A stretch of 23,909 nucleotides of DNA, taken from assembly GCA_046483305.1 (NCBI GenBank), contig JAWODM010000071.1, forward strand, positions 1-23,909, written 5' to 3'. Below are positions 1 through 9,368 of the stretch, one piece after another (within the stretch, counting starts at the first letter, position 1; every line of letters starts with the position of its first letter). The notes beneath the pieces were generated by a model, which was not told the DNA's origin, made no database searches, and saw only the letters and a program-made list of their open reading frames with translations. Source of the stretch: Candidatus Krumholzibacteriales bacterium (GTDB lineage Bacteria; Krumholzibacteriota; Krumholzibacteriia; Krumholzibacteriales; WJIX01). Made by a program: the position numbers and the translations under genes.

Positions 1-54
1 CGAAAGGCCGGGATTAATGTAGTTGTTTGGGGTTAATTATAATCTTAATACTTA

Positions 55-723
55 TTATTGATTCTTAAGATGAGGTTTTAGATGAGCTTTTTTTCTGCCT
101 TCAATTAAACCTTTTTTTACTTCTAGCATATGCTTCTCTGGATTTGAAAATCTTATACCTTCAGGTGCAGAACACGTCATTACCTGAACTATTTCTTTGT
201 TCTTTTCTACAAAATATGCAGGTTTAAGTACTTCTCTAATTATCTTATATCCACTGTCAGATGGGTATTTTTGATAAATTGCAGCCAGCCAATCTTCAGC
301 TTCAGGCATTATCCTACTGCTCCCAATTATACTCAACATACCTTTTTTATTATACCCTATTTCTATTGTTCCCAGTCTCTTATCATCTAAATACAAGCCA
401 AATCCATATCCGTAAGTTGTGTTGCCTGAACTTCGTAATTCTTCAAAATAATTTTTTATATCGTCTCCTTCTGTATAATTATCATAATCAACTCTGACTA
501 TCTTAAAAGGATATCTTAAGGTGCACTTTGATAATTCTTTATTACTCATATCAAATAAAAATTCAGAAGAAGTTTTATCTGAAACCAGAGCTTCTTGTGC
601 CCTCTCAATCATTTCCTTAGGTACCCACTCTGGAAACTCCTCTTCACAGTATCCAAAATCCATTGCTGAAAATAAGAACCCAATAAGAAGCACCCCAACC
701 ATAATAAGTTTTTTTGTACCCAT
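55..723 (-). CDS. Hypothetical exported protein (222 aa)
   Basis: Long ORF in AT-rich DNA. The N-terminus MGTKKLIMVGVLLIGFLFSAMDFGYC looks like a signal peptide. No family motif recognised. Confidence 0.75.
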   Translation of the reverse strand: MGTKKLIMVGVLLIGFLFSAMDFGYCEEEFPEWVPKEMIERAQEALVSDKTSSEFLFDMSNKELSKCTLRYPFKIVRVDYDNYTEGDDIKNYFEELRSSGNTTYGYGFGLYLDDKRLGTIEIGYNKKGMLSIIGSSRIMPEAEDWLAAIYQKYPSDSGYKIIREVLKPAYFVEKNKEIVQVMTCSAPEGIRFSNPEKHMLEVKKGLIEGRKKAHLKPHLKNQ

Positions 724-935
724 TTCTTTTACTTTCTCTGAAAAGAATTAACTTGTATATAATCTTTGCCTATCTGTCTTATTCCTGTTATAAATATAAT
801 CCATTTCTGCATAAATATTAAAATAATTCTGCCCTATAGTTCTTGTCGGTAGCAGAAAAGAGCAGTTGGTGTAACTTTCTTTCTGTAAATTCATAATCCC
901 GATTTGTTTCAGAAGAAGTAAAATCCAAAGGGAAT

Positions 936-1314
936 TCACGGGTTAAGATAACTGCCGATATCCAGATCGTTTTCCTTTATTTCTTCGACAATCAGTTTTG
1001 CCATTTTACGGGCACCGAATTCAGAGAAGTGCGTATCGTCCTCTCTTCCCTCCGGGTATGCTTCATATTTCCCTGGTTTTAGGTGTAAAAACAATTCTTT
1101 GGATTTCTCTCTACCCAATTTGTTTAGTAAAAGGTAACTTCTCTCATTAAGATCTATTATTGGAATGTTTCCTTCTTTTGCAGCTTCTCTTGCCGCAGAG
1201 GGGTAATCGCCGAGGGTATGTATAATTCTGCCATTATTGAATTTTCTTCTGCACACAGGAGTGACAATAATTGGGAATGCGCCTTTTTGTTTCGCTTCAC
1301 GTGCGAAAGCTATC
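936..1314 (-). pseudogene. 5'-truncated SGNH/GDSL hydrolase (rhamnogalacturonan acetylesterase RhgT/YesY-like), C-terminal half only
   Basis: AREAKQKGAFPIIVTPVCRR, TLGDYPSAAREAA, PIIDLN and DDTHFSEFGA match the C-terminal half of this family. The GDS block with the catalytic Ser is absent, and similarity stops at the IS end at 1315. Confidence 0.8.
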
Positions 1315-1397
1315 TGGGCTTCCCCTGGTTTTGTAGACACCTTTTAATGTACAATTGAGGTTAAAGGAGGAAGTCCATGAGCGGAAAGAGATATTAA
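1315..1397 (+). mobile_element. IS3-family insertion sequence left-end remnant (IRL + first codons of orfA)
   Basis: TGGGCTTCCCCTGGTTTTGTAGACACC (1315-1341) resembles IS3-type TG-initiated IRs. It is followed by TACAAT, RBS AAAGGAGG and ATG at 1377 encoding MSGKRY-stop, the start typical of a group of IS3 OrfA proteins (MSGKRYPEEFK...). Confidence 0.65.
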
Positions 1398-1547
1398 CGG
1401 GACCAGTTACTCCCCTATTCCATAAACACTGCCGGGGACTTCCGGGTCTGCCGCAGCGGATCGGGAAACTGATGGCCATGGTGAATGACTGCTTGTTTCA
1501 ATGCAGCCGTAAATGATAATATCGCTGAAAAACAGGGAGGTTAAAAT

Positions 1548-1757
1548 ATGCCGGTAATTCACGCGCATGTCTGGAAAGGTTTCGGAGAAGAAAAAGCCGA
1601 AAAGGTGATTAAGGGTATAACCAGAGTATTCGCTGACCTTGAAGTTCCCGAAGAGGCCGTTGATGTGCTGGTGCATGAAGTGCCGATGACGAACTGGGGG
1701 ATTGGAGGAGTACCAGCCTCGAAAAAGTTCAGCGACCGATATGAATCGGATGACTGA
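1548..1757 (+). CDS. 4-oxalocrotonate tautomerase family protein
   Basis: 69 aa with N-terminal Met-Pro (catalytic Pro1) and V-x-V-H-E-V-P-x-x-N-W-G-I-G-G. RBS AGGGAGG upstream. Confidence 0.9.
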   Translation: MPVIHAHVWKGFGEEKAEKVIKGITRVFADLEVPEEAVDVLVHEVPMTNWGIGGVPASKKFSDRYESDD

Positions 1758-1803
1758 TTTATGGGTAAAAAGATGACACCATTTACTGACTATCTCATCC
1801 CGG

Positions 1804-4800
1804 ATGATTGAAATGCCTGTTAATACATGGATTGTGAAGTTGCGGTCAGCTGTGAAATATTTATTTATCGCGGGTGGCGGCCTGATCCTGCTGATAGCGG
1901 CCCTGCTGATATTCGCCACTCTTCCTCCCGGAGAGGATATCCTGAAGAGGGTAATACAGGGCCGGATTTCAGCTATTACCCACCAGGAAACGCTGATTGG
2001 GGATCTGGAAACAAATATTATTTCCAGGTTGATCATAAGGGATATAAGTATCCCGGCACCGGATTCGATAGGCGGAGGAGTCAATATAGGGGCGGTAGAA
2101 CTTAACTACCGGCTGAAGCCGCTGCTGAACCGGAAAGTAATAATCGATTCAATAAAAATACGGTCGCCCCGGTTGAATATCGCCAGGGATTCTACCGGAG
2201 GATATAACCTTCCTCTTCTGAATTCCCTGCTTGCGCCACCAGAGGATGGATCGAGGGAAACAGCCGCGAAGGAAGGAAGTTGGAGTATAGAGGCGGGGTC
2301 AGTCAGGATAACCGGCGCGGATATAAGTTACATCGACAGGTTGACCCGGATGAATTTCCGGCTTGGTCAGTTCTTATTTCTGGCCGGGAGCCCGGGTTCG
2401 GGCCATGCGGGCAGGAGCGTGAGGATAAAAATCGGTACAGGAATGATGAAGTACCAGACCCTGCCTGAAATCCCCTTTTCCTTATTTTATAGCGGTGAAA
2501 TCAGCGAAGGCCTGATTGTTTCCGATTCCACCCGGCTCGCTGCAGGTGGGGTTACATTATCGGTAACCGGATCGGTGGAAACAGATGGAGAATACCTGTC
2601 GGATCTGCAGCTCCGGCTGCAGGGTGAGCCGCTGCCGGTGATTAGCCGAATAATGGAAAGTCTGGAGCTGCCCGTGGATAAGATTGGGGGCCGCCTCTCG
2701 GTTGCCTCGAATCTGAAGGGCCCTCTGTTCTCTCCCCGGGGCGATGCCAGGGCAGTAGTGCCGGAAATTCATTACGGCGGGTTGGTGTTTGAAGACTGCC
2801 TTCTGAAAGTCCGGGGAGGCCCCGACACCCTGGTAGTAGATACCCTGAGGGCCGCCGCGGCAGAGGGGGGCATCCTTGCAGACGGGTTCCTCTCCTACGC
2901 GGATGGATTGAAAGGGAGAGCGGATCTGGCATTCAGTTCGGTTAGAACAGAGAATATCTGGGAAATATTCCGTGAACCCCCTTCTCCTTTCAGAAGCGGA
3001 TTGGAAGGACATGTCAGTCTGGACTTTAATGGACTCCGCTGGCAGGAATGGGATGTTACGGCAGAGGTCCAGTCCCGCAGCACCCGTTATCCGTCACGGT
3101 CTCTTGAGGATACAGAGCTGTCTCTGCGTCTCAAGAACAGGCGTTTAAACCTCGATCTCCGGCAGGAATACTGCCGGGTAACAGGTGACGTCATCCTTGG
3201 CGATTCCACCCTGGAAGGCTCAGTGGAAGCCGGTATCGACCGGCTGGAACTTCTGGCGGAATTATCAGGTGCCGGACAACTGAGCGGGATGATGACGGCG
3301 AAGATGGATATAGAGGGAAAATACGCCAGGCCGGACTTGAAAACCGAAATAAAGGCGGAAAGCCTGCAGGTCCGGGGAGTCTCTCTGGATGCCCTTTACT
3401 GCATGGGCCGGATGGAAGGAAAAGAGGTTTTCCTGGATTCACTTTCCTGTGGAAGAGACTCGCTGCTGGTGAGGGCGGCAGGGTACTTCGACCGGATGTC
3501 CTCTTCCGGAAGATTGTCCGCCTGCCTCTACGATTCCGGAAGGGGCAGAGTTGCAGGTTCGGCAGATTGGCCTGAACCGACCGATACAGGCAAATCGGCC
3601 GGATGTCTTGACTTGGATTTCAGCTACACGCAGACCGGATCATTCTACCTCAAAGGATCCGGCAGAGGGATGGATATAGACGTCCTGGCGTCCGCTATCA
3701 GTGATACAATAACTGCCGGAGGAGTAGCGGAGTTTGAGGTGACTGCCCGCGGTCCGGTCGATTCCTTGACTGCAAGCCTTCGCCTGCAGGTGGAAAGACC
3801 GGGCTACCGCGGTATCCGCATGGATTCCCTTCGCCTTGAAAGTTCGTTTGAGAATGGAATACTGAAGGCGGAAGAAGTATACCTGAAACGCGACGCGCAA
3901 TCATTACGGGGCCAGTTATATATGGAATTGGCCGAAGATGACGCCGGCGGCTGGACCGTAACTCCGGGGAGCGCAACCAGCGGCCGTATTGACGTTGAAC
4001 AATTCAATCTTGAGGAGTTTGGCAGTCTTCTTCCGGAAGGATGGTCTGTAAACGGCCTGGCCTGGATCGATCTTGATTGGGACGGAACCATATTCGACCC
4101 GAAGCCGGAGGGTTCATTGCGAGTAGAATCAGCTTCCTGGGGCAGAACTGGAGAGGAAGCGCAGGCAGTAAAAGAGATTAATATCTCCGGCACCATCGCC
4201 GATTCTGTATTTATACTGGATACAGCAGAGGCAAACGTTAACGGTACGCCGGTTTCATTGAATGGTTCCGCCACTCTGATCCCTGAAAACCGGTTGAAGA
4301 TAGATCTGCGGGGAGGGATGGAAACCGTTCAGGTATTTACGGCAAAGGGTATTCTTTCCCGGGACAAACAGGACCTGAATATAGAGATGGACAGCCTGAA
4401 TGTCCGTATTTTAGAACCGTTCGTTCCGGGTGTTAAGCTGACGAAAGGTCAATTATTCGCATCGGTTCATCTGAGCAGTACTCCGGAAAAGAGTGAGATT
4501 ACGGGAAATATACGGGGCAGAGGCCTTGAGATCCAGCCGCATGCTCTGGATCGGCCCGTTACAAAAGGCCGGTTTCTGGCGGAGTTCGACGGGGGCGATA
4601 TCCGGATGGAAGAGCTTTCCGCCCGGCTGGGCGGGGGTGTGATCACAGGCAGCGGGTATGCCGCTCTTGACACCACCGGAATTTCAGATATATCGATGTT
4701 ACTTCATGGCCGCCGCGTGGGGTTTGTCATTAACAGTGACCTGGAAGTCAACATCGATTCCCTTGATGTGTTCTGGGAACGGGATGGGGCATACTATAAG

Positions 4801-5655
4801 CTGGGCGGCAATATCGATCCGGGGAAAATACGCTACACCCGCGATTTTCATCCGGCATCGATCATGCCCTGGACCAGGAAGACAAAGGAGGTAGAAACAG
4901 AATTGCCTCCGCTGCTGGCCAGAACCAGGATGGAAATAAAGATCGCCGGAGCCGATGAGATATGGATCGATAATAACCTGGCCCACCTCAGATCGGCGGC
5001 TGATTTAAGCATATCCGGATTTCTTGCCGATCCCGGCATCAGTGGGCGCCTGGTGCTGGAAGAAGGTTATATACTCTATCTGGACCGGAAATTCCAGGTC
5101 GGGGAAGGGGTGGCTTTTTTCTCTGATCCCACGGAGATCAATCCTGATATTATCTTTCGAGCGGTCACGAATGTTACCACATACCGGCAGACAGAGGGTA
5201 CCGAATACAGGATTACCCTGGAAATTACCGGGAAGGCCCAGGATCCGATTATCAGACTCACCTCAGATCCGCCTCTGCATCGATCCGACATTGTATCGCT
5301 GCTTACTCTGGGAGCTACCAGGGCCCACCTGACCGGGAATACGGGCAATGTGCTGAAAGACCGAGGAAAGATCCTGGCCAGCCAGCAGATAACGGGTTAT
5401 GCGGGCCGGAAGCTGGAGAAGACCCTCGGGCTCGACAGAGTAACGATCACCGGCAAGATCCTGGAGCCTGAACTGATAATGGCGAAGAAGGTGTCCGAAG
5501 GAGTAACTGTTACATACCAGACTACCGTGGGGCATCTGAATGAACAACGGATAAATCTCAACTGGGAATTGAGCAGGCGCTGGGTGGCCGAGGGCTCTAC
5601 CAGCAGAAGCGGCGATTCCTCACTGAGTCTGACCTATTCATTGAGGTTCCGATGA
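1804..5655 (+). CDS. tamB: Translocation/assembly module TamB (AsmA-like, C-terminal DUF490) protein
   Basis: 1283 aa with an N-terminal membrane anchor, a long beta-rich body and a DUF490-like C-terminus (IWIDNNLA..., LTSDPPLHRSDIVSLLTLG). Overlaps an Omp85 gene. Exact start uncertain. Confidence 0.85.
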   Translation: MIEMPVNTWIVKLRSAVKYLFIAGGGLILLIAALLIFATLPPGEDILKRVIQGRISAITHQETLIGDLETNIISRLIIRDISIPAPDSIGGGVNIGAVELNYRLKPLLNRKVIIDSIKIRSPRLNIARDSTGGYNLPLLNSLLAPPEDGSRETAAKEGSWSIEAGSVRITGADISYIDRLTRMNFRLGQFLFLAGSPGSGHAGRSVRIKIGTGMMKYQTLPEIPFSLFYSGEISEGLIVSDSTRLAAGGVTLSVTGSVETDGEYLSDLQLRLQGEPLPVISRIMESLELPVDKIGGRLSVASNLKGPLFSPRGDARAVVPEIHYGGLVFEDCLLKVRGGPDTLVVDTLRAAAAEGGILADGFLSYADGLKGRADLAFSSVRTENIWEIFREPPSPFRSGLEGHVSLDFNGLRWQEWDVTAEVQSRSTRYPSRSLEDTELSLRLKNRRLNLDLRQEYCRVTGDVILGDSTLEGSVEAGIDRLELLAELSGAGQLSGMMTAKMDIEGKYARPDLKTEIKAESLQVRGVSLDALYCMGRMEGKEVFLDSLSCGRDSLLVRAAGYFDRMSSSGRLSACLYDSGRGRVAGSADWPEPTDTGKSAGCLDLDFSYTQTGSFYLKGSGRGMDIDVLASAISDTITAGGVAEFEVTARGPVDSLTASLRLQVERPGYRGIRMDSLRLESSFENGILKAEEVYLKRDAQSLRGQLYMELAEDDAGGWTVTPGSATSGRIDVEQFNLEEFGSLLPEGWSVNGLAWIDLDWDGTIFDPKPEGSLRVESASWGRTGEEAQAVKEINISGTIADSVFILDTAEANVNGTPVSLNGSATLIPENRLKIDLRGGMETVQVFTAKGILSRDKQDLNIEMDSLNVRILEPFVPGVKLTKGQLFASVHLSSTPEKSEITGNIRGRGLEIQPHALDRPVTKGRFLAEFDGGDIRMEELSARLGGGVITGSGYAALDTTGISDISMLLHGRRVGFVINSDLEVNIDSLDVFWERDGAYYKLGGNIDPGKIRYTRDFHPASIMPWTRKTKEVETELPPLLARTRMEIKIAGADEIWIDNNLAHLRSAADLSISGFLADPGISGRLVLEEGYILYLDRKFQVGEGVAFFSDPTEINPDIIFRAVTNVTTYRQTEGTEYRITLEITGKAQDPIIRLTSDPPLHRSDIVSLLTLGATRAHLTGNTGNVLKDRGKILASQQITGYAGRKLEKTLGLDRVTITGKILEPELIMAKKVSEGVTVTYQTTVGHLNEQRINLNWELSRRWVAEGSTSRSGDSSLSLTYSLRFR

Positions 5656-7448
5656 GAAGGATTGTGATTATTAAGATAGCAATTCTGGTTATTGCTGCGC
5701 TGAGCGTTTTCGCAGAGGGGCGGGCAGAGGAAAAACAGCCGGAATGGACTGTGAAGAGTGTAAATATTGAGGGAAACAAGGCGTTCAAGGATGATGAATT
5801 GCTTAAACTTATGGTTAACAGTCCTTCCGGCTGGTTCCGGTCCAGGAAGTACCACCATTCAGTATTTCAGGATGACCTGTCCGCACTTGATGGGTTCTAC
5901 AGGCAGAACGGATATTTAAACGTCGAGATTACCGATACCACAGTGTCAAGAGACAGGGATGAAAACCATGTCAGAATATTCATCTCGATAGATGAAGGGC
6001 CGGTTACCTCGGTAGAGGGTATAAGCATTTTGGGTAACCGGGCATTCCCGGATTCAACCCTGATGGCTATGTTAAAACTTGAGACCGGAACTCCCTTCAT
6101 GAGAAAAAAGCTTCAGGACGGCATGATCGCGATAGCCACCTTCTACGCGGATAACGGATATCTGGACGCGTCTGTCACCCCGGAAATCAGAATTAACGAA
6201 CGGGAACACCGGGCGATAATAGATCTGATAATAGATGAGGGAAGGCAGATGACCATTTCTGATATCGAGATCAGGGGACTGGATAAGACAAGAGATTTCG
6301 TGGTGCGCCGGGAGCTGAACTTCAAGAAGGGAGAAATTATATCTCACAGAAAGCTCATGAAATCCCAGAGGCAGCTTTATCTCACCGGCCTGTTTAATAG
6401 TGTGAGCATCAACCCGGCAAAGCGCCCCGGGGATCCAGAAGGACAGAGAGCTCTTGTGGTTGAATTAAAGGAAAAGGACTCCGGCAGATTCAGCGTTTCG
6501 GCTGGGTACGGTTCGATAGAGAGGGCGATGGGAAGGGTTGAGATCTCTTTTGGCAATCTCTTCGGTACCGCCCGGCAGGCAGGTATGAGGGTGAAGGCAA
6601 ATTTCATCGAGCGGAAGGTGGAAGGTTCTTTTTCTGAACCGAGGACCATGGGCAGCCGTTTTACCACCGATCTGAATCTCTTCTACAGCTATCAGAATCA
6701 ACCCGGCTTCGACGTCAGCCGTCACGGCGGCCTTCTCACATTCGGCCGCAACATTAGTAGTAGCGGTCATTTAACTCTGGGTTACCGTCACGAGAATCAG
6801 CGCCTCCGTAACGTGGAGATCCTGGAGTTGCCTGAAAGGAGCAAACCAAGGTTGCGCAGTATAACCCTGGGCCTCACCAACGATACCCGGGACGATCTTT
6901 TCAACCCCTCAGGGGGCTGGTTCCTGGATTTTTCATACGAACTGGCTGGAACCTTTCTAGGTGGCACCGACGCATTTAACCGCACAGTATTGAATCTCCG
7001 CTGTTTCAGATCTGTTGGATTGGGCGCTGTCCTTGCGGCGTCATTTGAAGCCGGATGGATTGATATTTACGGGGCTTCCGGCGGAGTTCCGATAAATGAG
7101 CTGTTTTATACCGGCGGGCCCAATTCAATCCGGGGTTTCGAATACAGGAAGGTGGGCCCCCTGGATGCCGGGGGTAATCCAGTTGGCGGCCAGTTCGAAC
7201 TGGTATTGAACGGAGAGATCAGGAAGGCGGTATGGCGCTGGATCGGAGTTGCGGTTTTCCTCGACGCCGGAAATGTATGGAGGAGGATACGGCACTGCCG
7301 GTTCGACAGTTTTCGTTACGCCGCCGGCCCCGGGGTCCGAATAAACACCCCTATCGGTATCGTCCGTTTTGATGCCGGCTTCAATCCCGATCCCAGGGAA
7401 GGTGAGGAGAAGGTCCGGTATTACATCGTTATGGGAAACGCCTTCTAG
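5652..7448 (+). CDS. Omp85 family outer-membrane protein (BamA/TamA), about 3 POTRA domains + beta-barrel
   Basis: Signal peptide, POTRA motifs (VKSVNIEGN, FYRQNGY, IDEGP, FYADNGY, YLTGLF), barrel motif FYTGGPNSIRGF, TPIGIVRFD and C-terminal Phe. ATGA overlap with tamB. Confidence 0.92.
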   Translation: MRRIVIIKIAILVIAALSVFAEGRAEEKQPEWTVKSVNIEGNKAFKDDELLKLMVNSPSGWFRSRKYHHSVFQDDLSALDGFYRQNGYLNVEITDTTVSRDRDENHVRIFISIDEGPVTSVEGISILGNRAFPDSTLMAMLKLETGTPFMRKKLQDGMIAIATFYADNGYLDASVTPEIRINEREHRAIIDLIIDEGRQMTISDIEIRGLDKTRDFVVRRELNFKKGEIISHRKLMKSQRQLYLTGLFNSVSINPAKRPGDPEGQRALVVELKEKDSGRFSVSAGYGSIERAMGRVEISFGNLFGTARQAGMRVKANFIERKVEGSFSEPRTMGSRFTTDLNLFYSYQNQPGFDVSRHGGLLTFGRNISSSGHLTLGYRHENQRLRNVEILELPERSKPRLRSITLGLTNDTRDDLFNPSGGWFLDFSYELAGTFLGGTDAFNRTVLNLRCFRSVGLGAVLAASFEAGWIDIYGASGGVPINELFYTGGPNSIRGFEYRKVGPLDAGGNPVGGQFELVLNGEIRKAVWRWIGVAVFLDAGNVWRRIRHCRFDSFRYAAGPGVRINTPIGIVRFDAGFNPDPREGEEKVRYYIVMGNAF

Positions 7449-7520
7449 GACTTTACGGTAGCCTGGCCGGGTTGCCTGTACCGGGATAGTTAGGGCAAGT
7501 GTGGTCTTCGCTGCATATCC

Positions 7521-7546
7521 CGGCATTTTATTCAAATGCCGCTTTT
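7521..7546 (+). terminator. Possible intrinsic terminator after tamB-Omp85
   Basis: CGGCATTT-tattc-AAATGCCG 8-bp stem followed by CTTTT. The U-tract is short. Confidence 0.45.
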
Positions 7547-7745
7547 AACTGTTATTTCAGAAAATACGGGAGGGCAGTTCTATATTACCGCTGCCTTTGC
7601 GTAAACCGCATCCCCGTCGCTGCCGCCCTGATTTTCATCCATTCACCGGAAGGACCGCCCAGCGGGGGATGAGCACTGCCGCAGGCGGCCGGCAGGCCAG
7701 GCACAGCTCAGGGTTGAACCCGATTAATTTCTGATATTCGGCCTG

Positions 7746-7774
7746 TTGACTTGAGCACTGAAAGAAAGTATGCT
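7746..7774 (+). promoter_or_regulatory. Sigma70-type promoter for the saccharopine dehydrogenase gene
   Basis: TTGACT-17 nt-TATGCT, upstream of RBS GGAGGT (7811-7816) and GTG start at 7822. Confidence 0.6.
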
Positions 7775-7821
7775 GTTTCTGAGTTAACAGCCGATTTTAA
7801 ATATATATCCGGAGGTAGAAG

Positions 7822-8961
7822 GTGAAAGTAATAGTTCTGGGCGCGGGGCTGGTAGGGGGCCCCATGGCGGAGGACCTGGCCGCTGATCCCGGATTCGATG
7901 TGACAGTGGCCGATATAAGCGAGTCCGCTCTGGAAAGTGTTGGCTCCGGGATGCCCGTTTCAAAGGTAAAAAAGGATTTATCCGAACCGGAAAAGGTAAA
8001 GAAGCTGGTCAGGGATTTCGATCTGGTAATCAGCGCTGTTCCCGGCTTCATGGGTTTCAGGACTTTCCGGGCGGTTATTCAGGCGGGCAGGGATGTGGTT
8101 GATATAGCTTTCTTTCCGGAGGATCCATTCGAGCTGGATAAGCTGGCCAAGGATAAGAATGTAACCGCCATAATGGACTGCGGCGTGGCTCCGGGCATGA
8201 GCAATATTCTGATCGGCTCGGTTGACCATATCCTGGATGAAACAGATAACTGCGAGATTTACGTGGGAGGGTTGCCGGAGCGGAGGCAGTACCCCTATGA
8301 ATATAAAGCGGTATTTTCGCCTGCGGATGTAATCGAAGAATATACAAGGCCTGCCAGATACGTGGCCAATGGCGAGTTAATAACCAGAGAAGCGCTCTCC
8401 GATCCGGAGTATATCGATTTCCCCGAGCTGGGAACACTGGAGGCGTTCAACAGCGATGGGCTGAGGACTCTTGCCGGAACCATTGACGCTCCCAACATGA
8501 AAGAGAAGACCCTGCGGTATCCGGGGCATATAGAAAAGATAAGGGTTCTGAGAGAGACCGGGTTCTTCAGCAAGGAGCCGCTGGAAATAAACGGGACTGA
8601 AATCAGCCCTCTCGATTTCACCTCCAGGCTGCTCTTTCCGCTGTGGGAATTCAGGGAGGGCGACAGGGATATTACCGTCATGAAGGTGATCGTGGAGGGA
8701 AAGAAGGATAATGGGGATGTGAGGTATACCTACTCCCTGTTCGACAGGTACGACGAAGAAAAATCAGTTCATTCCATGGCCCGGACTACCGGGTACACCG
8801 CTACCGCGGCGGCCAGGATGGTAGCTGAGAAGCTCTACGCAAGAAAGGGGATGTCCCCACCGGAATATATCGGGAAGGACCGGAGCTGTGTTGATTTTAT
8901 TATAGAGCAGCTGCGGGAGCGGGATGTCATCTATAACGAAGAGATAGAAATATTCAGCTGA
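7822..8961 (+). CDS. Saccharopine dehydrogenase / lysine 6-dehydrogenase family oxidoreductase
   Basis: Rossmann motif VIVLGAGLVG, plus DCGVAPGMSN, YVGGLP, EKTLRYPGH and SMARTTGY. Good RBS. Confidence 0.92.
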   Translation: MKVIVLGAGLVGGPMAEDLAADPGFDVTVADISESALESVGSGMPVSKVKKDLSEPEKVKKLVRDFDLVISAVPGFMGFRTFRAVIQAGRDVVDIAFFPEDPFELDKLAKDKNVTAIMDCGVAPGMSNILIGSVDHILDETDNCEIYVGGLPERRQYPYEYKAVFSPADVIEEYTRPARYVANGELITREALSDPEYIDFPELGTLEAFNSDGLRTLAGTIDAPNMKEKTLRYPGHIEKIRVLRETGFFSKEPLEINGTEISPLDFTSRLLFPLWEFREGDRDITVMKVIVEGKKDNGDVRYTYSLFDRYDEEKSVHSMARTTGYTATAAARMVAEKLYARKGMSPPEYIGKDRSCVDFIIEQLRERDVIYNEEIEIFS

Positions 8962-8989
8962 GCCTTTAAGTATACCACGGAGCCCGCAT

Positions 8990-9319
8990 ATGTTTGAAGA
9001 TATGGCAAATAGGATGTTTCCGGGTAATTCGTTGATGGATTATCTTATCTCGCTGGCTATATTTCTTCTGTCGGTGTTGACCCTCTATCTGGTCAGGTCT
9101 GTTGTTATAAAGAAGGCAAGGATGCTGGCGGAGAGGACCAGCACCACCGTGGATGACTTCCTGGTGCTCAGTAATGATTACCTTCATTACATGAATGTGA
9201 GGCACGCGGTGAATGTGGATATAGTTGAACGTTTCCGAAAAGAGGGCATAGAGTTCGCGTTCCCGACGCAGACGATCGAACTTCAGGGAGGACTGGCAGC
9301 CGGAAATCAATCCGGCTGA
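8990..9319 (+). pseudogene. mscS: MscS mechanosensitive channel gene with a large in-frame internal deletion
   Basis: An MscS-like N-terminus (GNSLMDYLISL...TSTTVDDFLV) runs directly into the MscS C-terminal signature (DYLHYMNVRHAVNVDIVERFRKEGIEFAFPTQTI). Only 109 aa; the pore helices and middle beta domain are missing. Confidence 0.75.
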
Positions 9320-9368
9320 ACAGCCGGTTGTTATCTGTTACTGTTTGGATATACGAAAGGAGGAAACG

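Noticed and set aside
748..939. 63-aa minus-strand ORF overlapping the esterase stop
   Set aside because: Short, no RBS or motif; cannot be distinguished from a chance ORF.
1407..2084. 225-aa minus-strand ORF
   Set aside because: Antisense to the well-supported tautomerase and tamB genes.
2280..7535. Many 60-160 aa alternative-frame and antisense ORFs inside tamB/Omp85
   Set aside because: Shadow ORFs expected in GC-rich coding DNA; the same applies to those at 11365-12048 and 13658-14437.
7560..7740. Possible lysine riboswitch upstream of the saccharopine dehydrogenase gene
   Set aside because: No recognisable L-box features, and the region lies upstream of the predicted promoter at 7746.
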